Origin: Eledone cirrhosa
Lineage: Eukaryota
Direction: 5' to 3'
DNA: 64,000 nt
NCBI GenBank assembly: GCA_964016885.1
Contig: OZ024740.1
Coordinates: 27,962,001 to 28,026,000 of the forward strand
Shown: in pieces, positions 51,501 to 64,000 of the stretch
How the letters are laid out: each line of letters begins with the position of its first letter
Position numbering within the stretch: position 1 is the stretch's first letter
Made by a program: the position numbers and the translations under genes
The notes under the pieces: model-generated
Told to the model about the DNA's origin: nothing
Database searches by the model: none
What the model saw: the letters and a program-made list of their open reading frames with translations, nothing else

Positions 51501-53065
51501 GCTATATAATGAGAGAGAGGGCGGCAGTACACACAGCTATATAATGAGAGAGAGAGGGGGCAGTCCCAACATCTATATTATGTGAGAGAGGGGGGCAGTA
51601 CCCATAGCTATATAATGAGAGAGAGGGGGGCAGTACCCACAGCTATGTAATGAGAGAGAGAGGGGGCAGTACCCACAGCTATATAATGAGGGAGAGAGGG
51701 GGCAGTACCAACAGCTATATAATGAGAGAGAGGGGTGAAGTACCAACAGCTATATAATGAGAGATTGGGGGCAGTACCCACAGCTATTTAATGAGAGAGA
51801 GAGAGGGGGCAGTACCCACAGCTATATAATGAGTGAGCGGGGGGGCAGTACCCACAGCTATATAATGAGAGAGAGGGGGACAGTACCAACAGCTATATAA
51901 TGTGAGAGAGGGGTGCAGTACCAACAGCTATATAATGAGAAAGAGAGGGGGCAGTACCCACAGCTATATAATGAGAGAGGGGGGGGGGGGCAGTACCCGC
52001 ATCTATATAATGAGAAAGAGTGGCGGCCGTACGCGCAGCTATATAATGTGAGAGAGGACGGGCAGTACCCACAGCTATATAATGAGAGAGAGAGGGGGCA
52101 GTACCAAGAGCTATATAATGAGAGAGAGAGGTGGGCAGTACCAACAGCTATATAATCAGAGAGAGGGGTGCAGTACCCACTGCTATATAATGAGAGAGAG
52201 GGGGGCAGTACCCACATATATCTAGTGAGAGAGAGAAGGGGCAGTGCCAACAGCTATATAATGAGAGAGGGGGTCAGTACCCACAGCTATATAATAGAGA
52301 GAGAGGTGGCAGTACCCACAGCTTTATCATGAGAGAGAGGGGGCAGTCCCCACAGTTATATAATAAGAGAGAGAGGGTGCACTACCCACAAATATATAAT
52401 GAGAGAGAGGGGGGTAGTCCCAACAGCTATATTATGAGAGAGAGGGGGGCAGTACCCATAGCTATATAATGAGAGAGAGGGGGGCAGTACCCACAGCTAT
52501 ATAATGAGAGAGAGAGGGGGAAGTACCCACAGCTATATAATGAGAGAGTGAGGGGCAATACACACAGCTTTATAATGAGAGAGAGAGGGGGCAGTACCAA
52601 CAGCTATATAATGAGAGAGAGAGGTGAAGTACCAACAGCTATATAATGACAGAGTGGGGGCAGTACCCACAGCTATTTAATGATTGAGAGAGGGGCAGTA
52701 CCCACAGCTATATAATGAGAGAGGGGTTGGTCAGTAACCACAGCTATATAATGAGAAAGAGAGGGGGCAGTACCCACAGCTATATAATATGAGAGGGGGG
52801 CAGTACCCACAGCTATTTAATGAGAGAGAGGGGGACAGTACCACAGCTATATAATGAGAGAGAGGGGGCAGTACCCACAGCTATATAATGAGGGAGAGAG
52901 GGGGAAGTACCCACAGCTATATAATGAGAGAGAGGGGGGGCAGTACCCACAGCTATATAATGAGAGAGAGGGGGGCAGTACCCACAGCTATATAATTAGA
53001 GAGAGGGGCGGAAGTACCCACAGCTATATAATGAGAGAGGGGTGCAGTACCCACAGTTATATAAT

Positions 53066-53346
53066 GTTTTCTTTATTAACCACAAGGGTTTACATAAAGT
53101 AGACATTAAGGACAGTATAGGACAATACAGGACGGTACAAATGGGCATTTCTGCGTGTAAAAAAAAACAGGTTGAAATAAAAAAACAGAGAAAAATTCCC
53201 CAACAGAGGGGAGACTTCCGAGGGACATTGGGAGAAAGCCCATTAAAAGACCACAGTGACCCTGACCACCAGGGCAAGTGCCCTCTCCCAGTTTTCCACC
53301 CTTAATTTACAGACACATACTCAGAGAAGGCCCATTCATTCGGGCC
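53066..53346 (-). mobile_element. 5'-truncated non-LTR retroelement 3' end (L1/Tx1-like) inserted in the satellite
   Basis: Non-satellite 281 bp; minus strand ARMNGPSLSMCL* then a UTR ending AATAAAGAAAAC; ATATAAT direct repeat on both sides. Clade is from recall. Confidence 0.65.
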
Positions 53347-55544
53347 ATATAATCAGGGAGGGGGGGCAGTAACCACAGCTATATAATGAGAAAGAGTGGG
53401 GGCAGTACACGCAGCTATATAATGAGAGAGAGAGAGGAGTCAGTACCCACAGCTATATAATGAGAGAGAGAGGGGGAAGTTCCCACAGCTATATTATGAG
53501 AGAGAGGGGGGCAGTACCCATAGCTATATAATCAGAGAGAGGGGGGCAGTACGCACAGCTATATAATGAAAGAGAGAAGGGGCAGTACCCACAGCTATTT
53601 AATGAGAGAGAGTGGGGGCAGTACCAACAGCTATATAATGAGAGAGTGGGGGCAGTAACCACAGCTATTTAATGAGAGAGAGAGGGGGGGCAGTACCCAC
53701 AGCTATATAATGAGAGAGAGAGGGTGGGGGCAGTACCCAGAGCTATATAATGAGAGAGAGGGGGGCAGTACCATCAGCTATTTAATGAGAGAGAGGGGGG
53801 CAATACCCACAGCTATATAATGAGAGAGAGGGATGCTGTACCTACAGCTATATAATGAGAGGGGGGGCAGTTCCCACAGCTATATAATGAGAAAGAGGGG
53901 TGCAGTACCCACAGGTATATAATCAGAGGGGGGGAAGTAACCACAGCTATATAATGAGAGAGAGAGAGGAGTCAGTACCCACTCCTATATAATGAGAGAG
54001 AGGGGTCAGTACCCAGAGATATCTAATGAGAGAGAGAAGGGGGCAGTGCCAACAGCTATATAATGAGAGAAGGGGTCAGTACCCACAGCTATATAATAGA
54101 GAGAGAGGTGGCAGTACCCACAGCTATATAATGAAAGAGAGAGGGGGCAGTACCCACAACTATATAATGAGAGAGAGATGCGGGCAGTCCCAACAGCTAT
54201 ATAATGAGAGAGAGAGGGGGCAATACCCACAGCTATATAATGAGAGAGAGAGGGGGCAGTACCAACAGCTATATAATGAGAGAGGGGGTGAAGTACCAAC
54301 AGCTATATAATGAGAGAGTGGGGGCAGTACACACAGCTATTTAATGATTGAAAGAGGGAACAGTACCCACGGCTATATAGTGAGAGAGAGGGGGCAGTAC
54401 CCACAGCTATATAATGAGAAAGAGACGGGGCAGTACCCACAGCTATATAATGAGAGAGGGGGGGCAGTACCCACAGCTATATAATGAGAGAGAGTGGGGA
54501 CAGTACCACAGCTATATAATGAGAAAGAGAGGGGGCAGTACACACAGCTATATAATGAGAGAGAGAGGTGGCAGTACCCACAGCTATATAATGAGAGAGA
54601 GAGGGGGCATTACCAGCAGCTATATAATGAGAGAGAGGGGTGCAGTACGCACTGCTATATAATGAGAGAGAGGAGGGCAGTACACACAGATATATAATGA
54701 GAGAGAGAAGGGGGCAGTACCAACAGCTATATAATGAGAGAGAGGGGGCGGTACCAACAGCTATATAATGAGAGAGAGGGGTCCAGTACCAACAGCTATA
54801 TAATTAGAGAGAGAGGGGTCAATACCCACAGCTATATAATGTGAGAGAGAGGGGGCAGTACCCACAGCTATATAATGAGAGAGGGGTGGGCAGAACCCAC
54901 AGATATATAATGAGAAAGAGTGGGGGGCAGTACACACAGCTATATAATGAGAGAGAGAGGGGGCAGTACCCACAGCTATATAATGTGAGAGAGAGGGGGC
55001 AATACCCAAAGCTATATAATGAGAGACAGAGGGGGCAGTACCCACAGCTATATAATGAGAGAGAGCGGGCAGTACCAACAGTTATATACTGAGAGAGAGA
55101 GGGGCAGTACCCACAGCTATATAATGAGAGAGAGGGGGAGCAGTACCCACAGCTACATAATTAGAGAGAGGGGGAGTACTCAAAGCTATATAATGAGAGA
55201 GAGAGGGGCAGTACCCACAGCTATATAATGAAAGAGAGGGGGCAGTACCAACAGCTATATAATGAGAGAGGGGGGGCAGTAACCACAGCTATATAATGAG
55301 AGAGAGTGGGGGCAGTACCAACAGCTATATAATGAGAGAGAGAGAGGGGGCAGTACCCACAGCTATATAATGAGAGAGAGGGGGCAGTACCAACAGTTAT
55401 ATACTGAGAGATAGAGAGGCAATACCCACAGCTATATAATGAGAGAGAGGGGGGCAGTACCCACAGCTATATAATTAGAGAGAGGGGCGGAAGTACCCAC
55501 AGCTATATAATGAGAGAGGGGTGCAGTACCCACAGCTATATAAT

Positions 55545-55827
55545 GTTTTCTTTATTAACCACAAGGGTTTACATAAAGTAGACATTAAGGACAGTATAGG
55601 ACAATACAGGACGGTACAAATGGGCATTTCTGCGTGTAAAAAAAAACAGGTTGAAATAAAAAAACAGAGAAAAATTCCCCAACAGAGGGGAGACTTCCGA
55701 GGGACATTTGTGGAGAAAGCCCATTAAAAGACCACAGTGACCCTGACCACCAGGGCAAGTGCCCTCTCCCAGTTTTCCACCCTTAATTTACAGACACATA
55801 CTCAGAGAAGGCCCATTCATTCGGGCC
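55545..55827 (-). mobile_element. Second copy of the same insertion, within a ~2.48-kb array duplication
   Basis: Same junctions and near-identical sequence; flanking satellite variants also repeat at +2479 to +2481. Confidence 0.7.
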
Positions 55828-58800
55828 ATATAATCAGGGAGGGGGGGCAGTAACCACAGCTATATAATGAGAAAGAGTGGGGGCAGTACACGCAGCTATA
55901 TAATGAGAGAGAGAGAGGAGTCAGTACCCACAGCTATATAATGAGAGAGAGAGGGGGAAGTTCCCACAGCTATATTATGAGACAGAGGGGGGTAGTACCC
56001 ATAGCTATATAATCAGAGAGAGGGGGGCAGTACCCACAGCTATATAATGAAAGAGAGAGGGGGCAGTACCCACAGCTATTTAATGAGAGAGAGTGGGGGC
56101 AGTACCAACAGCTATATAATGAGAGAGTGGGGGCAGTAACCACAGCTATTTAATGAGAGAGAGAGGGGGGGCAATACCCACAGCTATATAATGAGAGAGA
56201 GAGGGTGGGGGCAGTACCCAGAGCTATATAATGAGAGAGAGGGGGGCAGTACCATCAGCTATTTAATGAGAGAGAGGGGGGCAATACCCACAGCTATATA
56301 ATGAGAGAGAGGGATGCTGTACCTACAGCTATATAATGAGAGGGGGGGGCAGTTCCCACAGCTATATAATGAGAAAGAGGGGTGCAGTACCCACAGGTAT
56401 ATAATCAGAGGGGGGAAGTAACCACAGCTATATAATGAGAGAGAGAGAGGAGTCAGTACCCACTCCTATATAATGAGAGAGAGGGGTCAGTACCCAGAGA
56501 TATCTAATGAGAGAGAGAAGGGGGCAGTGCCAACAGCTATATAATGAGAGAAGGGGTCAGTACCCACAGCTATATAATAGAGAGAGAGGTGGCAGTACCC
56601 ACAGCTATATAATGAAAGAGAGAGGGGGCAGTACCCACAACTATATAATGAGAGAGAGAGGCGGGCAGTCCCAACAGCTATATAATGAGAGAGAGAGGGG
56701 GCAATACCCACAGCTATATAATGAGAGAGAGAGGGGGCAGTACCAACAGCTATATAATGAGAGAGGGGGTGAAGTACCAACAGCTATATAATGAGAGAGT
56801 GCGTGCAGTACACACAGCTATTTAATGATTGAAAGAGGGAACAGTACCCACGGCTATATAGTGAGAGAGAGGGGGCAGTACCCACAGCTATATAATGAGA
56901 AAGAGACGGGGCAGTACCCACAGCTATATAATGAGAGAGGGGGGGCAGTACCCACAGCTATATAATGAGAGAGAGTGGGGACAGTACCACAGCTATATAA
57001 TGAGAAAGAGAGGGGGCAGTACACACAGCTATATAATGAGAGAGAGAGGTGGCAGTACCCACAGCTATATAATGAGAGAGAGAGGGGGCATTACCAGCAG
57101 CTATATAATGAGAGAGAGGGGTGCAGTACGCACTGCTATATAATGAGAGAGAGGAGGGCAGTACACACAGATATATAATGAGAGAGAGAAGGGGGCAGTA
57201 CCAACAGCTATATAATGAGAGAGAGGGGGCGGTACCAACAGCTATATAATGAGAGAGAGGGGTGCAGTACCAACAGCTATATAATTAGAGAGAGAGGGGT
57301 CAATACCCACAGCTATATAATGTGAGAGAGAGGGGGCAGTACCCACAGCTATATAATGAGAGAGGGGTGGGCAGAACCCACAGATATATAATGAGAAAGA
57401 GTGGGGGGCAGTACACACAGCTATATAATGAGAGAGAGAGGGGGCAGTACCCACAGCTATATAATGTGAGAGAGAGGGGGCAATACCCAAAGCTATATAA
57501 TGAGAGACAGAGGGGGCAGTACCCACAGCTATATAATGAGAGAGAGCGGGCAGTACCAACAGTTATATACTGAGAGAGAGAGGGGCAGTACCCACAGCTA
57601 TATAATGAGAGAGAGGGGGAGCAGTACCCACAGCTACATAATTAGAGAGAGGGGGAGTACTCAAAGCTATATAATGAGAGAGAGAGGGGCAGTACCCACA
57701 GCTATATAATGAAAGAGAGGGGGCAGTACCAACAGCTATATAATGAGAGAGGGGGGGCAGTAACCACAGCTATATAATGAGAGAGAGTGGGGGCAGTACC
57801 AACAGCTATATAATGAGAGAGAGAGAGGGGGCAGTACCCACAGCTATATAATGAGAGAGAGGGGGCAGTACCAACAGTTATATACTGAGAGAGAGAGAGG
57901 CAATACCCACAGCTATATAATGAGAGAGGGGGGGGCAGTACCCACAGCTATATAATGAGACAGAGTGGGGGGCAGTACACACAGCTATATAATGAGAGAG
58001 AGAGGGGGCAGTACCAACAGCTATATAATGAGAGAGAGGGGGAAGTACCAACAGCTACATAATGAGAGAGAGGGGTGCAGTACCCACTGCTATATAATGA
58101 GAGAGAGGGGGGCAATACCCACAGATATATAATGAGAGAGAGAAGGGGGCAGTACCAACAGCTATATAATGAGAGAGAGGGGGCAGTACCCACAGCTATA
58201 TAGTGAGAGAGAGAGGGGGCAGTACCCACAGTTTAAGATGTGAGAGAGAGGGAGCAGTACCCACAGCTATATAATGAGAGAGGGGGGGGGGGGGCAGTAC
58301 CCACAGCTATATAATGAGAAAGAGAGGGGGCAGTACACACAGCTATATAATGAGAGAGAGAGGTGGCAGTACCAACAGCTATTTAATGATAGAGAGGGGT
58401 GCAGTACCCACTGCTATATAATGAGAGAGAGGGGGCAGTACCCACATATATATAATGAGAGAGAGAAGGGGGCAGTACCAACAGCTATATAATGAGAGAG
58501 AGGGGTGCAGTACCAACAGCTATATAATGAGAGAGAGGGGTGCAGTACCCACAGCTATATAATGAGAGAGGGGTGGGCAGTACCCACAGATATATAATGA
58601 GAAAGAGTGGGAGGCAGTACACACAGCTATATAATGAGAGAGAGAGGGGGCAGTACCCACAGCTATATAATGTGAGAGAGAGGGGGCAATACCCAAAGCT
58701 ATATAATGAGAGAGAGAAGGGGCAGTACCCACAGCTTTATAATGAGAGAGAGGGGGCAGTACCAACAGTTATATACTGAGAGAGAGAGGGGCAGTACCCA

Positions 58801-61800
58801 CAGCTATATAATGAGAGAGAGGGGGAGCAGTACCCACAGCAATATAATTAGAGAGGGGGGGGGAGTACTCAAAGCTATATAATGAGAGAGAGAGGGGCAG
58901 TACCCACAGCTATATAATGAAAGAGAGGGGGCAGTACCAACAGCTATATAATGAGAGTGGGGGGGCAGTAACCACAGCTATATAATGAGAGAGAGTGTGG
59001 GCAGTACCAACAGCTATATAATGAGAGAGAGGGGGCAGTACCAACAGTTATATACTGAGAGAGAGAGAGGCAATACCCACAGCTATATAATGAGAGAGAG
59101 AGGTGGCAGTACCCACAGCTATATAATGAGAGAGAGAGGGGGGGCAGTACCAACAACTATATAATGAGAGAGACGGGGAAGTACCAACAGCTATATAATG
59201 AGAGAGAGGGGGCAGTACCCACAGCTATATAGTGAGAGAGAGAGGGGGCAGTACCCACAGTTTATAATGTGAGAGAGAGGGGGCAGTACCCACAGCTATA
59301 TAATGAGAGAGGGGGGGGGCAGTACCCACAGCTATATAATGAGAAAGAGTGGGGGCAGTACACACAGCTATATAATGAGAGAGAGGGGTGGCAGTACCCA
59401 CAGCTATATAATGAGTGAGAGAGGGGGGCAGTACCAACAGCTATATAATGAGAGAGAGGGGTGCACTACCCACTGCTATATAATGAGAGAGAGGGGGGCA
59501 GTACCCACATATATATAATGAGAGAGAGAAGGGGGCAGTACCAACAGCTATATAATGAGAGAGTGGGGTGCAGTATCAACAGCTATATAATGAGAGAGAG
59601 GGGTGCAGTACCCACAGCTATATAATGAGAGAGAGGGGGGCGGTACCCACAGCTGTATAATGAGAGAGAGGTGTGCAGTACCCACAGCTATATAATGAGA
59701 GAGAGAAGGGGGCAGTACCCACAGCTATATAATGAGAGAGAGGGGTGCAGTACCCACAGCTATATTGTGAGAGAGGGGGGCACTAACCACAGCTATATAA
59801 TAAGAGGGAGAGAGGCCAGTACCAACAGCTATATAAAGAGAGAGAGGGGTGCAGTACCCACAGCTATATAATGAGAGGGGGGCAGTACCCACAGCTATAT
59901 AATGAGAGAGAGGAGGTCATTACCCAGATCTATATAATGAGAGAGAGAGAGGGGCAGTACCCACAGCTACATAATGAGAGAGAGAGGGGGCAGTACCCAC
60001 AGCTATATAATGGGAGATGGGGAGGCAGTAACCACAGCTATATAATGAGAGAGAGGGGTGCAGTACCCACTGCTATATAATGAAGAGAGAGGGGGGCAGT
60101 ACCCACAACTATATAATGAGAGAGAGTGGGACAGTACCAACAGATATATAATGAGAGAGAAGGGTGCAGTACCCACAGCCATATAATGAGAGAGAGGGGG
60201 ACAATACCCACAGGTATTTAATGAGAGAGGGGGGGAAGTACCCACAGCTATATAATGAGAAAGAGTGTGGGGCAGTACACACAGCTATATAATGAGAGAG
60301 AGAGAGGGGGCAGTACCCACAGCTATATAGTGTGAGAGAGAAGGGGCAATACCCAAAGCTATATAATGAGAGAGAGAGGGGGCAGTACCCACAAATATAT
60401 AATGAGAGAGAGGGGGTAGTACCCACAGCTATATAATGAGAGAGAGGGGCGGAAGTAACCACAGCTATATAATGAGAGAGGGTTGCAGTACCCACAGCTA
60501 TATAATGAGAGAGAGAGGTGGCAGTACCCACAGCTATATAATGAGAGAGAGGTGGCAGTACCAACAGTTATATACTGAGAGAGAGAGGGGCAGTACCCAC
60601 AGCTATATAATGAGAGAGAGGGGGAGCAGTACCCACAGCTATATAATTAGAGAGGGGGGCAGTACTCAAAGCTATATAATGAGAGAGAGAGGGGCAGTAC
60701 CCACAGCTATATAATGAAAGAGAGGGGGCAGTACCAACAGCTATATAATGAGAGAGAGGGGGCAGTACCAACAGCTATATAATGAGAGAGGGGGGACAGT
60801 AACCACAGCTATATAATGAGAGAGAGTGGGGGCAGTACCAACAGCTATATAATGAGAGAAGAGGTCAGTACACACAGCTATATATTGAGAGAGACAGGGG
60901 GCAGTTCCCACAGTTTATAATGTGAGAGAGAGGGGGCAGTACCCACAGCTATATAATGAGAGAGGGGGGGGGCAGTACCCACAGCTATATAATGAGACAG
61001 AGTGGGGGCAGTACACACAGCTATATAATGAGAGAGAGAGAGGTGGCAGTACCCACAGCTATATAATGAGAGAGAGAGGGGGGCAGTACCAACAGCTATA
61101 TAATGAGAGATAGGGGGCAGTACCAACAGCTATATAATGAGGGAGAGTGGTGCAGTACCCACTGCTATATAATGAGAGAGAGGGGGGCAGTACCCACAGA
61201 TGTATAATGAGAGAGAGAAGGGGGCAGTACCAACAGCTATATAATGAGAGAGAGGGGGCAGTAACCACAGCTATATAATGAGAGACAGAGGGGGCAGTAC
61301 CCACAGTTTATAATGTGAGAGAGAGGGGGCAGTACCCACAGCTATATAATGAGAGAGAGAGGGGGCAGTACCAACAGCTATATAATGTGAGAGAGAGGGG
61401 GCAATACCCAAAGCTATATAATGAGAGAGAGAGGGACAGTAACAATAACTATATAATGAGAGAGAGGGGTGAAGTACCAACAGCTATATAATGCGAGAGT
61501 GGGGGCAGTACCCACATCTATTTAATGAGAGAGAGAGGGGGCAGTACCCACAGCTATATAATGAGAGTGAGGGGGACAGTACCAACAGCTATATAATGAG
61601 AGAGGGGGGGCAGTACCCACAGCTACATAATGGGAGAGGGGGCAGTACCCACAGCCATATAATGAGAGAGAGGGGCGCAATACCCACAGCTATTTAATGA
61701 GAGAGATGTCAGCAGTACCAACAGCTATATAATGAGAGAGAGGGGTGCAGTACCCACAGCTATATAATGAGAGAGAGTGGGGGCAGTACACACAGCTATA

Positions 61801-64000
61801 TAATGAGAGAGAGAAGAGGGCAGTACCAACAGCTATATAATGAGAGAGAGGGGTGCAGTACCCACTGCTATATAATGAAGAGAGAGGGGGGCAGTACCCA
61901 CAGGTATTTAATGAGAGAGGGGGGGGGGCAGTACCCACAGCTATATAATGAGAAAGAGTGGGGGGCAATACACACAGCTATATAATGAGAGAGAGAGGGG
62001 GCAGTACCCACAGCTATATAATGTGAGAGAGAAGGAGGCAGTACCCACAACTGTATAATGAGAGAGAGTGGGACAGTACCAACAGCTATATAATGAGAGA
62101 GAAGGGTGCACTACCCACAGCCATATAATGAGAGAGAGGGGGACAATACCCACAGCTATATAATGAGAGAGAGGGGTGCAGTACCCACAGCTATATAATG
62201 AGAAAGAGTGGGGGGCAGTACACACAGCTATATAATGAGAGAGAGAGAGGGGGCAGTACCCACAGCTATATAGTGTGAGAGAGAAGGGGCAATACCCAAA
62301 GCTATATAATGAGAGAGAGAGGGGGCAGTACCCACAAATATATAATGAGAGAGAGGGGGTAGTACCCACAGCTATATAATGAGAGAGAGGGGCGGAAGTA
62401 ACCACAGCTATATAATGAGAGAGGGTTGCAGTACCCACAGCTATATAATGAGAGAGAGAGGTGGCAGTACCCACAGCTATATAATGAGAGAGAGGTGGCA
62501 CTACCAACAGTTATATACTGAGAGAGAGAGGGGCAGTACCCACAGCTATATAATGAGAGAGAGGGGTAGCAGTACCCACAGCTATATAATTAGAGAGGGG
62601 GGGCAGTACTCAAAGCTATATAATGAGAGAGAGAGGGGGCAGTACCCACAAATATATAATGAGAGAGAGGGGGGTAGTACCCACAGCTATTTAATGAGCG
62701 AGAGAGGGGGCAGTACCCACAGCTATATAATGAGAGAGAGGGGTGCAGTACCCACAGCTATATAATGAGAAAGAGTGGGGGGCAGTACACACAGCTATAT
62801 AATGAGAGAGAGAGAGGGGGCAGTACCCACAGCTATATAGTGTGAGAGAGAAGGGGCAATACCCAAAGCTATATAATGAGAGAGAGAGGGGGCAGTACCC
62901 ACAAATATATAATGAGAGAGAGGGGGTAGTACCCACAGCTATATAATGAGAGAGATGGGCGGAAGTAACCACAGCTATATAATGAGAGAGGGTTGCAGTA
63001 CCCACAGCTATATAATGAGAGAGAGAGGTGGCAGTACCCACAGCTATATAATGAGAGAGAGGTGGCAGTACCAACAGTTATATACTGAGAGAGAGAGGGG
63101 CAGTACCCACAGCTATATAATGAGAGAGAGGGGGAGCAGTACCCACAGCTATATAATTAGAGAGGGGCGGCAGTACTCAAAGCTATATAATGAGAGAGAG
63201 AGGGGCAGTACCCACAGCTATATAATGAAAGAGAGGGGGCAGTACCAACAGCTATATAATGAGAGAGAGGGGGCAGTACCAACAGCTATATAATGAGAGA
63301 GGGGGGGCAGTAACCACAGCTATATAATGAGAGAGAGTGGGGGCAGTACCAACAGCTATATAATGAGAGAAGAGGTCAGTACACACAGCTATATATTGAG
63401 AGAGACAGGGGGCAGTTCCCACAGTTTATAATGTGAGAGAGAGGGGGCAGTACCCACAGCTATATAATGAGAGAGGGGGGGGCAGTACCCACAGCTATAT
63501 AATGAGACAGAGTGGGGGCAGTACACACAGCTATATAATGAGAGAGAGAGAGGTGGCAGTACCCACAGCTATATAATGAGAGAGAGAGGGGGGCAGTACC
63601 AACAGCTATATAATGAGAGATAGGGGGCAGTACCAACAGCTATATAATGAGGGAGAGTGGTGCAGTACCCACTGCTATATAATGAGAGAGAGGGGGGCAG
63701 TACCCACAGATGTATAATGAGAGAGAGAAGGGGGCAGTACCAACAGCTATATAATGAGAGAGAGGGGGCAGTACCCACAGCTATATAATGAGAGACAGAG
63801 GGGGCAGTACCCACAGTTTATAATGTGAGAGAGAGGGGGCAGTACCCACAGCTATATAATGAGAGAGAGAGGGGGCAGTACCAACAGCTATATAATGTGA
63901 GAGAGAGGGCGCAATACCCAAAGCTATATGATGAGAGAGAGAGGGGGCAGTACCAACAGCTATATTATGAGAGAGAGGGGGGAGTACGCACAGCTATATA

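Larger units (their letters stand above)
34307..64000. repeat. ~35-bp tandem satellite, consensus GGGGGCAGTACCCACAGCTATATAATGAGAGAGAG, roughly 800 units, continuing past the window end
   Basis: Direct reading; conserved ~21-nt core plus length-variable (GA)n-Gn linker; single orientation; unit count estimated from length. Confidence 0.97.

Noticed and set aside
34821-63814. Repetitive ORFs (QYPQLYNER, STHSYIMRE, SHYIAVGTA)
   Set aside because: Frame shifts with each linker length change; no sustained reading frame.
34307-64000. CRISPR-like repeat-spacer reading of the array
   Set aside because: Linkers are low-complexity GA/G variants of one another, not unique spacers; no cas genes; eukaryotic context.

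Overview
Eukaryotic (invertebrate; the SINE family resembles those I recall from octopods, which is inference), AT-rich, microsatellite-saturated, heterochromatin-like window with no intact host gene that I can support. 1-34.3 kb is a graveyard of Penelope-like retroelements (PLEs) inserted in (TA)n/(CA)n tracts. Three long decayed RT + GIY-YIG copies (0.7-4.4, 4.5-11.0, 18.8-23.4 kb) each have an inverted arm, and there are many short 3'-tail fragments, tRNA-type SINEs (several with TSDs) and RTE-type LINE fragments. The main signal not shown by the ORF track: folding by eye gives about 14 type I hammerhead-ribozyme motifs (plus half-motifs) from about 9 different sequence families in 33 kb. 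They include canonical ones (27532-27615, 11098-11152, 4288-4352), core variants (CAGAAGA, CCGAAGA), palindromic stem III forms, and one ending exactly at the cleavage site. 34.3-64 kb is a ~35-bp purine-skewed satellite with higher-order duplications, carrying a 281-bp 5'-truncated LINE 3' end that was duplicated with the array. All RNA structures are by-eye predictions, not computed or tested.
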